A stretch of DNA of 14,769 nt from Elusimicrobiota bacterium. GTDB lineage: Bacteria; Elusimicrobiota; Elusimicrobia; UBA1565. Location: assembly GCA_043819795.1 (NCBI GenBank), contig JBDREN010000060.1, positions 1-14,769 of the forward strand, given 5' to 3'. The notes below the pieces were generated by a model, which was not told the DNA's origin, searched no databases, and saw only the letters and a list, made by a program, of their open reading frames with translations. The translations under genes and the position numbers were made by a program. Positions 1 to 5,915 of this stretch are shown piece after piece; position 1 is the stretch's first letter, and each line of letters starts with the position of its first letter.

Positions 1-143
1 GCCGCGCCGCCCGCCGCGCCTCCCCCAAGCCCCAGCTTGGAGAGGATCATCGCGAGCAGGCCGCCCTTGCGCTCGTCGTCGGAGCGCATCACGTCGGGCT
101 TGATCTCGGGAATCTCAGGCTTGTTCTCGGTGTTCGTTTCCAT
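1..143 (-). CDS. Hypothetical Gly-rich protein, N-terminal part only (runs off the window's left edge)
   Basis: Not in the ORF track. Manual translation from ATG 143 gives METNTENKPEIPEIKPDVMRSDDERKGGLLAMILSKLGLGGGAAGGA. GGAGAG Shine-Dalgarno at 153-148, high-GC third positions, starts 36 nt after the stop of the upstream gene. Confidence 0.85.
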   Translation of the reverse strand, partial: METNTENKPEIPEIKPDVMRSDDERKGGLLAMILSKLGLGGGAAGGA

Positions 144-155
144 GATCCTCTCCAA
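37..155. repeat. Perfect 14-bp inverted repeat; one arm is the RBS and start region of the 143..1 CDS
   Basis: 37-50 TTGGAGAGGATCAT is the exact reverse complement of 142-155 ATGATCCTCTCCAA. Confidence 0.85.
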
Positions 156-179
156 AAGCTCGCCGCGGCTCTCCGCCGT

Positions 180-1274
180 CTACAACTTGTCCATCGTATC
201 GCCGCCGGAGGGCGGGAACATCCCCATCATGTTGACGCCCATCATCATCATGCCGCCCACGCCCGGCCCCGCCATCCCCGACAATGCGACCCCCATCACC
301 ATCATCAGGATCTGCTGGGTCATGTAGTCCTGGTTGTCGTCGTCCTTGACCTGGGCGGCCTCGGGGATCTCGGGCGCCTCGAACTCCTTCATGTCCAGGT
401 TGGGGTCGTTGGTCTTCAGGTTCTGCGGCACGCCCGCGCCGCTCCCCACGCCGGAGCCCTGGCCGGCGGCCTTGAGCTGGTCGAGCGCCGTGCCCGCCAT
501 GACGCCCGCCCCGTCGAAGGTCCGGCGGCCGCCCGCGGCGGCGATCTCATCGGCGCCGTCGAGGCCGGCCATCAGCTGCTTGTCCGCGCGCTTGAGCGAA
601 TCCAGCGACTGGTTCGCCCCGCTCCCGCCCGGATCGGAGACGGAGCGGTCCCGCGCGCTCAAGCCCGCGCCCGGATCGATCTTCAGCCCCGGGTCACCGC
701 CGGTCCCGAACGGCTTGTCCACGGTCAGCTGCGCCGACGTGGACCCGGCCCCGCCGCCGCGCGTGGTGCCCACCTTGCCGAACTTGGCCCTGGGCCGTGA
801 GAAGCCGGTCCTGACCTCCTTGCCTCCCCATCCGTGGTCCGGGGCCTTTCCGGAAGAGGCCACTTTCTTGAGCGCGTCCGCCAAGGAGCCCGCTCCGGCC
901 TTCCCGCCTCCCCGCGCGAGCTCCGCCGCCGCTTCCTCCTCCTTGGTTATCGGAGAGCCTTTCGCGCTTCCGGGCGACCGGTACAGGCCGCTCGCCGGCG
1001 CCTCCCGCCCCTCAGCGCCGGCTCCGGCGCTCCGGGCGGCCCGCGCCGAGCGCCCGAGCGCGTCGCCGGGCGCGCCCGTCCCCGTCCCGACCTCGTCGAG
1101 CGAGCGCAAGCTCTGCTCGGTGGTCGAGGCCTGGCGCGGGATGACGACCGAATCCGATCCCGTCCCGGGCATCCTGGCCATAGATATCCATACGCCGATC
1201 AGGACGGCGATGATCAAAGGGACCCACCAGTACTCCTTAAGAGGGTCCGTGCCGCGACGGCCCGACGAAGGCAT
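180..1274 (-). CDS. Hypothetical membrane-anchored Gly/Ala-rich protein with a Met/Gly-rich hydrophobic C-terminal segment
   Basis: 364-aa ORF with SD GAGGGGGA at 1288-1281. N-terminal TM (WWVPLIIAVLIGVWISMA), long low-complexity linker, C-terminal ILMMVMGVALSGMAGPGVGGMMMMGVNMMGMF. Confidence 0.85.
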   Translation of the reverse strand: MPSSGRRGTDPLKEYWWVPLIIAVLIGVWISMARMPGTGSDSVVIPRQASTTEQSLRSLDEVGTGTGAPGDALGRSARAARSAGAGAEGREAPASGLYRSPGSAKGSPITKEEEAAAELARGGGKAGAGSLADALKKVASSGKAPDHGWGGKEVRTGFSRPRAKFGKVGTTRGGGAGSTSAQLTVDKPFGTGGDPGLKIDPGAGLSARDRSVSDPGGSGANQSLDSLKRADKQLMAGLDGADEIAAAGGRRTFDGAGVMAGTALDQLKAAGQGSGVGSGAGVPQNLKTNDPNLDMKEFEAPEIPEAAQVKDDDNQDYMTQQILMMVMGVALSGMAGPGVGGMMMMGVNMMGMFPPSGGDTMDKL

Positions 1275-1300
1275 AAAAAGTCCCCCTCGCTTATATTATC

Positions 1301-1329
1301 AGTGTAAAGGCCCCCCCTTGTTTTGTCAA
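1301..1329 (-). promoter_or_regulatory. Sigma70-type promoter for the 1274..180 gene
   Basis: TTGACA (1329-1324), 17-nt spacer, TACACT (1306-1301), in an AT-rich patch just upstream of the SD. Confidence 0.75.
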
Positions 1330-1369
1330 GGGACCAACGACCGAGGCGGCGCTCGGGCGGGCAGTATGG

Positions 1370-3097
1370 CTACCGCGCGGAGTTGGGCGGCGGGATTTCG
1401 GGGTCGGGAGGGGCGAACGGCGGCCGCGGCGACCGGCCCGCCTGGTTCGCGGGAGGCAGCTCCAGGCGGCTGGCCACGGTGATGCCCTTGGGCGGATGCT
1501 TGCCGTACTGCTCGAATACCTGGGCGATCTCGTCGTAGTCGAGCTCGTCTTTGCTCAGGAGCTCGCCGACGAAGCGCTCGACGATCCGCCACTCGTCCTT
1601 CAGCGTCCTTTCGACCTCGGCCAGCGCCTGCCGGAGGATCTCCTGCGTCTCCGCGTTGAGCTTCGCCTTGAGCCCCTCGGAAAGCTGGCTCTCGGGGAGA
1701 GTCGTGAAGTCGCCGATGAACCCGTTGGTCCCCATACCCAAGCGCCATACCATCATGTGCGCGTACCGGGTCGCGTTCGCGAAGTCCGCGCTGACGCCGT
1801 CGGTCGTCACCCCGTACTTGAACTTCTCGGCCACGAAGCCGCCCAGTGACACCTTGATGTGCGCCATCAGCGTGTTGCGGTCGGAGCTGTACATCTCCTC
1901 GCGCGGCGTCGCGTGCACGACGCCGAGCGTCCCGCCCCGCTGCATGATCGAGACCTTGAAGACGTCGCTGGTCGGATGCGTGAGGTAGAGGATGATCAGG
2001 TGCCCGGCCTCGTGGTAGGCCGTCATCTCGCGCTCGTGCGGGGTCAGGGTGAGGGTATGGGCCACGCCGAGCTCGATGCGCTCGATCGCGGACGTGATTT
2101 CCTTATAGCCCACCACCGCCTGCTTGTTCCGGGTGGCGATCAGCGCCGCCTCCTTCAGGATGTTCTCGATGTCGGCCGGAGTCCGGTAGACCGCCTTGCG
2201 CGCGAGGCGCCCGAAGTCGACGGAGGGGTCCATCTGGATCTGCTTGCCGTAGTACTCGAAGAGCTGTTGGCGCTCCAGCAGGTTGGGCCGCGTGATCTGG
2301 ATCTTGCGGTCGAAGCGGCCGGGGCGCAGCAGGGCCGGGTCGAGCACGTCCTCGGCGGCGTTCATGGCCGCCATGACCACGACGTTCGCCTCGGTGTCCA
2401 CGAGGCCGTCCATCTCCACGAGCAGCTGGTTGAGCGTCGAGTTGCCCTCCGAGGAGCCCCCGAAGGCGTCGTAGAACACGCGCTTGCGGCCGAGGACCTC
2501 GAGCTCGTCGATGAAGATGATGCAGCCGCCGTAGGCCTGGGCGTACTGCCGGGCCTGCTTGAAGAGCTTGCGCACGCGGGAGGCGCCCACCCCGACGAAG
2601 ATCTCGACGAACTCCGAGCCGGCGACCGAGAGGAACGGGATCCCGGCCTCGGTGGCGATGGCCTTGGCCAGCAGGGTCTTGCCGCATCCCGGGGGCCCGA
2701 GCAGCAGGATGCCGCGGATGATGCGGCCGCCCACCAGGCGCAGCTTGGAGCGGTCCTTGAGAAGCTGCACGACCTCCCAGGCCTCCTTCTTGCCCTCGGT
2801 GATGCCGATGACGTCCGAGAAGCGCGTCTTGACCATCGCGGCGTCGACCTTCGCCTTCTTGAAGCGGGAGAAGCCGCCGCCGTATTGGAGCAGGTAGAGA
2901 AACCCCACGAAGATCAGGGTCTGCAGGATCCCCCAAGGCAGGGACGCGACGTTGATCCCGACGATGTAGCGGCGGATGCTCTCCTCCATCCCCGCCAGGT
3001 ACCATATCGGCATCAGCACGGACAGGCCCGTGGCGAGGAGGATCGCCATCCATATCCAGTGCCGCTGCAGGATCAGCTTTATCTTCGCCCAAAGCAT
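1370..3097 (-). CDS. ftsH: FtsH-family membrane-anchored AAA+ zinc metalloprotease (paralogue without the periplasmic domain)
   Basis: Two N-terminal TMs; Walker A GPPGCGKT; pore loop FVG; Walker B IIFIDE; TLNQLLVEMDG; SRH LDPALLRPGRFDR; M41 zinc motif AYHEAGH; third-ligand region TTDGVSAD; Pro-rich tail. SD-like GAGGGC at 3110-3105. Confidence 0.93.
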   Translation of the reverse strand: MLWAKIKLILQRHWIWMAILLATGLSVLMPIWYLAGMEESIRRYIVGINVASLPWGILQTLIFVGFLYLLQYGGGFSRFKKAKVDAAMVKTRFSDVIGITEGKKEAWEVVQLLKDRSKLRLVGGRIIRGILLLGPPGCGKTLLAKAIATEAGIPFLSVAGSEFVEIFVGVGASRVRKLFKQARQYAQAYGGCIIFIDELEVLGRKRVFYDAFGGSSEGNSTLNQLLVEMDGLVDTEANVVVMAAMNAAEDVLDPALLRPGRFDRKIQITRPNLLERQQLFEYYGKQIQMDPSVDFGRLARKAVYRTPADIENILKEAALIATRNKQAVVGYKEITSAIERIELGVAHTLTLTPHEREMTAYHEAGHLIILYLTHPTSDVFKVSIMQRGGTLGVVHATPREEMYSSDRNTLMAHIKVSLGGFVAEKFKYGVTTDGVSADFANATRYAHMMVWRLGMGTNGFIGDFTTLPESQLSEGLKAKLNAETQEILRQALAEVERTLKDEWRIVERFVGELLSKDELDYDEIAQVFEQYGKHPPKGITVASRLELPPANQAGRSPRPPFAPPDPEIPPPNSAR

Positions 3098-3153
3098 CGC
3101 TCACGCCCTCTTGAACAGGACACCATAGGATAGCCTTTTGTTCCCGCCGGAGT

Positions 3154-3861
3154 CTACGTCCCCAGCCCAGGCAGGACGAAAGCGATCGGCCGGTCGCGGT
3201 TCGGCACGTACTTGACGACCTCGAACTTGTACCCCTCGGTCTGCATCAGAGGCAGCTTGATCGGCTGCGTCCAGACCGTCAGGGTGACGACGTTCCAGAC
3301 CTGGGTGCGGGTGACCGGGCAGACGCGCGCGTCGTCGAGCCCGAGGAAACTCCTCGTGGTGCCGACGTTGAACCCGAGATAGTCCCTGACCTTCTCCTCG
3401 ATGTCCTTGCAGAGGACGTCGTTGTCGAACGACTCGTACTGCACGTTCCGGTGCGACTCCAGCTGCCAGCGGCGCGCGGCGTAGTACGAGGCCACCTCCA
3501 TCTTCTGGATCAGCACGAGGGTCGCGAACATCTTCGCGAAGGCGAACAGGAAGAACATGAAGAGCGGGAGGAGGAGGACGACTTCGGTCGTAGCTTGACC
3601 CTTTGTCGCACCCCTCTCTGTCGCGGCCCTCCGCCGCCCGGCGGACTGATAGTCCGCCAGGGGGGCGTCGGGTTCCCTCGCTTCGGAGAGGAAAGAACAG
3701 CCTCCGCTCGGCCGCTCTACAAGGGGAACCCAGGTTCCCCGTTTCATCGTCGCTCGGCTTTCGCCCTCCGGGCGACGCCTCGCTGAACCCCTCCTGAGAG
3801 GAATGCTAATAGCTCTCGCGCCTCTATGAAACGGGATGCCTGTCAGATCGAGTAGTCTCAT
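3154..3861 (-). CDS. TadE-like pseudopilin with an unusually long leader
   Basis: Class III signal KG|QATTEVVLLLPLFMFFLFAF (Glu at +5), then KMEVASYYAARR matching the TadE AxxxAR pattern. Start placed at ATG 3861, which overlaps the upstream TGA (ATGA); alternative ATG at 3747. The track's start at 4266 lies inside the upstream gene. Confidence 0.8.
   Translation of the reverse strand: MRLLDLTGIPFHRGARAISIPLRRGSARRRPEGESRATMKRGTWVPLVERPSGGCSFLSEAREPDAPLADYQSAGRRRAATERGATKGQATTEVVLLLPLFMFFLFAFAKMFATLVLIQKMEVASYYAARRWQLESHRNVQYESFDNDVLCKDIEEKVRDYLGFNVGTTRSFLGLDDARVCPVTRTQVWNVVTLTVWTQPIKLPLMQTEGYKFEVVKYVPNRDRPIAFVLPGLGT
3640..3835. repeat. Hairpin-dense composite palindromic element (MITE/REP-like) within the TadE-like leader coding region
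   Basis: Stems: GGCGGACT-gat-AGTCCGCC (3640-3658), GGGGAACC-ca-GGTTCCCC (3723-3740), TCGCCC-tcc-GGGCGA (3761-3775), GAGAG/CTCTC (3796-3817), long-range CCCGTTTCAT/ATGAAACGGG (3738-3747/3826-3835). Direct repeats: CGCTCGGC (3705, 3751) and CCTCGCT (3676, 3778). Boundaries approximate. Confidence 0.65.
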
Positions 3862-5015
3862 GGGTAGAGCCTCGTTTGGAACTTGGGAGTCGGGTCCGGC
3901 CACAGGCGGCCCCCGAGGACCGCGGCCGTCGCGTGCACGCAAGGGCCGCCCGCCCCGTCGGGGCACCGGACCTTGTTCATGAAGTTGACGTTGAAATAGT
4001 TGCGCCCGAGCGTGTCCTGGCCCCAGTGCTGGACGACCGGATACCCCGGCAGGTTGAAGCCGAACCGGGAGCCCGGAGGGTGCTGGGTGCGCATGTTGTC
4101 GAGGTGGCTGTCGGGGATGGCCTCCATCTGGAACAGCCCGGAAGAGGGCTGGCAGTCGGAGATCGTCGACGGCATCTGGATGGGGCTCTGCGGGGCGTAG
4201 AGGATGTACGGCTGGAACGGGTTGCTGGTCGGCTTGTTGCCGACGATCATGAGCTCCTGGACGCAATAGGGCTTGGGAGAGAAGGAGTAGGCGTCGAAGT
4301 AGGCCGCCCCCTCGAACGCCGCGCCGATGGAATCGTTGGTGTTCAGCCAGTACGACTTCCGGAAGAAGTTGTGGCCGTTGGTTAGACGCTTGAAGACGGA
4401 GTACTGGGCGTCCTCGACGGAGCCGAGCAGCTGGTAGATCTGCACGTAAAGCTTGTAGATGTCCTGAGCATCGTCCCAGCTGAGCCAGTAGTCGAGCGCG
4501 TCCTGCATCGTCAGCAGGTCCAGCCTCCCGCCCCCCATGTCGGGCGCGTTATTGTTTTTGGACTGGCCGGTGCCGCCGAACCGGAGGAACCACCGGGGGT
4601 AGGAGTCGAGGGGAGCGTCGGGAGGCGCCTGATCGGTCTTCGGGAAGGCCCCGTTCTTGAACAGGATGGTGTAGAGGCGGTCTCCCTTGCCGCCGCAGTC
4701 CCCCGAGGTGTTGTTCTTCTTCTCGATGCAGGTGTTGTAGAAACCTTCGTAGAAAATGCGCTGGGGGAAGGCCCCGTTGACGTAGGCCGAGCGGTTCAAG
4801 AAGTCCGAGTAGTTCGTCATCTCGATGAAGGCGGCCGCGTCGAGCGCGAACTGGTGCCGGATCTTCTCGCGCGAAATCTTGGCCGTCTCGAAGCTCAGGT
4901 AGACGAACAGGAACAGCGTCGGCAGCACGAACAGCGACGGGATCGCGATCTGCCCCCGGCCGCCGGCGATGGCCCGCCGCGCGGCTCTGGCGATTGCTCG
5001 CAGCCCACCTAGCAT
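3858..5015 (-). CDS. TadG-like (Tad-domain) pseudopilin, possible pilus-tip protein
   Basis: Basic leader ending RG|QIAIPSLFVLPTLFLFVYL, then KIRHQFALDAAAF matching the Tad-domain (R/K)xxLQxAxDAAA pattern. Six Cys in the predicted exported domain. Its stop overlaps the TadE-like start. Confidence 0.8.
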   Translation of the reverse strand: MLGGLRAIARAARRAIAGGRGQIAIPSLFVLPTLFLFVYLSFETAKISREKIRHQFALDAAAFIEMTNYSDFLNRSAYVNGAFPQRIFYEGFYNTCIEKKNNTSGDCGGKGDRLYTILFKNGAFPKTDQAPPDAPLDSYPRWFLRFGGTGQSKNNNAPDMGGGRLDLLTMQDALDYWLSWDDAQDIYKLYVQIYQLLGSVEDAQYSVFKRLTNGHNFFRKSYWLNTNDSIGAAFEGAAYFDAYSFSPKPYCVQELMIVGNKPTSNPFQPYILYAPQSPIQMPSTISDCQPSSGLFQMEAIPDSHLDNMRTQHPPGSRFGFNLPGYPVVQHWGQDTLGRNYFNVNFMNKVRCPDGAGGPCVHATAAVLGGRLWPDPTPKFQTRLYP

Positions 5016-5028
5016 AGCGTTAACCTTA

Positions 5029-5057
5029 TATATAGCCCGGAGGTGTTACGTTTGCAA
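5029..5057 (-). promoter_or_regulatory. Candidate sigma70 promoter for the tadG-like/tadE-like unit
   Basis: TTGCAA (5057-5052), 17-nt spacer, TATATA (5034-5029). The -10 lacks the final T and no clear SD precedes ATG 5015. Confidence 0.45.
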
Positions 5058-5080
5058 GGGTACTGGGTTAATAAACCGCA

Positions 5081-5170
5081 AAGCTCGGCCCACGACTAAT
5101 CCCGCCGAAGGCGGGCGGGGCTTCTTGATAGCCTGAGGTGCAAGCACGCCAAGCGCTTCGCGCTTGACGC
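5081..5170. repeat. Intergenic palindromic hairpin cluster (REP-like, or terminator-like for the phosphoesterase gene)
   Basis: CCCGCC-GAA-GGCGGG (5101-5115); CAAGCGC-TTC-GCGCTTG core within 5146-5170; alternative stem AAGCTCGGCCC/GGGCGGGGCTT (5081-5123). No poly-U tail. Confidence 0.6.
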
Positions 5171-5171
5171 G

Positions 5172-5912
5172 CTATTGGCCGTACGACAGCCTCAACGCCA
5201 GGAACTCGGGCAGGCCCGCCTTAAGGATCTTGTCCTGGACCGAGGCGACATCGTACTCGACCCGGTGGAGGGTGAAGACGCGGGTCTCTTCGTCGTAGAG
5301 GCCGTAGCAGGCGCGCGCGTCGTGGTCGCGCGGCTGGCCGACGGAGCCTGGATTGATGACGCTGCGCACGCCGACGGGCGAGGCGACCGTCTGCCCGTCG
5401 AGCAGAGGGCTGTGCTCCACGTAGCTGACCGGCTCGGACATCAGGAAGCAGGCCGGCATATGGCTGTGCCCGACGAAGCAGGGCGAGGTCTCGAAATACG
5501 AGCAGTTGTCGTGAAACTGCTGGGTGGTGACGAGGTATTCCTCCGCCGGGTTGCGCGGCGAGCCGTGGACGACGGTGAATACCTCGTCCTCGACGCGCGG
5601 AGGGAGCTCCTTGAGCCAGGCGAGATTCTCGGGCTTGATCGTCCGCCGGGTACGCTCGACGGCCGCCCGCGCCGGGATGTTGAACCACCTGAGGTCCATC
5701 CGGCCCAGCACCGCCAGGTCGTGGTTGCCGCGCACGGCCGCGACCCGGGGCAGGCTCGCCATGCGCTCGATCACGGCGTCGGCGTCGGTGCCGTAGCCGA
5801 CGAGGTCCCCGCAGCAGATGACTCCCTCGGCGCCGGCGTCCCGCAGGCGGCGCAGCACCGCGTCGAGCGCCTCGACGTTCGAGTGGATGTCGCCGACGAC
5901 GCCCCAGAGCAC
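5172..5912 (-). CDS. Calcineurin-like metallophosphoesterase
   Basis: Motifs GDIHSN, GDLVGYG, RGNHD, HGSP, GHSH, NPGSVGQPRD. GTG start 3 nt after the smc stop. Confidence 0.93.
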   Translation of the reverse strand: MLWGVVGDIHSNVEALDAVLRRLRDAGAEGVICCGDLVGYGTDADAVIERMASLPRVAAVRGNHDLAVLGRMDLRWFNIPARAAVERTRRTIKPENLAWLKELPPRVEDEVFTVVHGSPRNPAEEYLVTTQQFHDNCSYFETSPCFVGHSHMPACFLMSEPVSYVEHSPLLDGQTVASPVGVRSVINPGSVGQPRDHDARACYGLYDEETRVFTLHRVEYDVASVQDKILKAGLPEFLALRLSYGQ

Positions 5913-5915
5913 GGG

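Noticed and set aside
1341..1356. CCGAG-N6-CTCGG hairpin downstream of ftsH as a terminator
   Set aside because: Only a 5-bp stem and no U-tract on the minus strand.
334..3133. Plus-strand ORFs 334..1482 and 1859..3133, and the alternative-frame ORF 2103..3104
   Set aside because: They overlap the 364-aa gene and ftsH, have the biased composition typical of non-coding frames, and show no domains.
3598..3624. Imperfect tandem ACCC...TGTCGC duplication next to the pilin cleavage site as a target-site duplication
   Set aside because: The copies are adjacent rather than flanking the element, and too short and degenerate to interpret.
3640..3835. Structured segment as a tRNA, riboswitch, self-splicing intron or CRISPR array
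   Set aside because: No cloverleaf, recognisable aptamer or intron core, or regularly spaced identical repeats. Retained only as a repeat-like element.
3862..4266. ORF-track N-terminal extension of the TadE-like gene
   Set aside because: It is an alternative frame of the TadG-like gene. The ATGA overlap at 3858-3861 is a better start, and no slippery site suggests a frameshift fusion.
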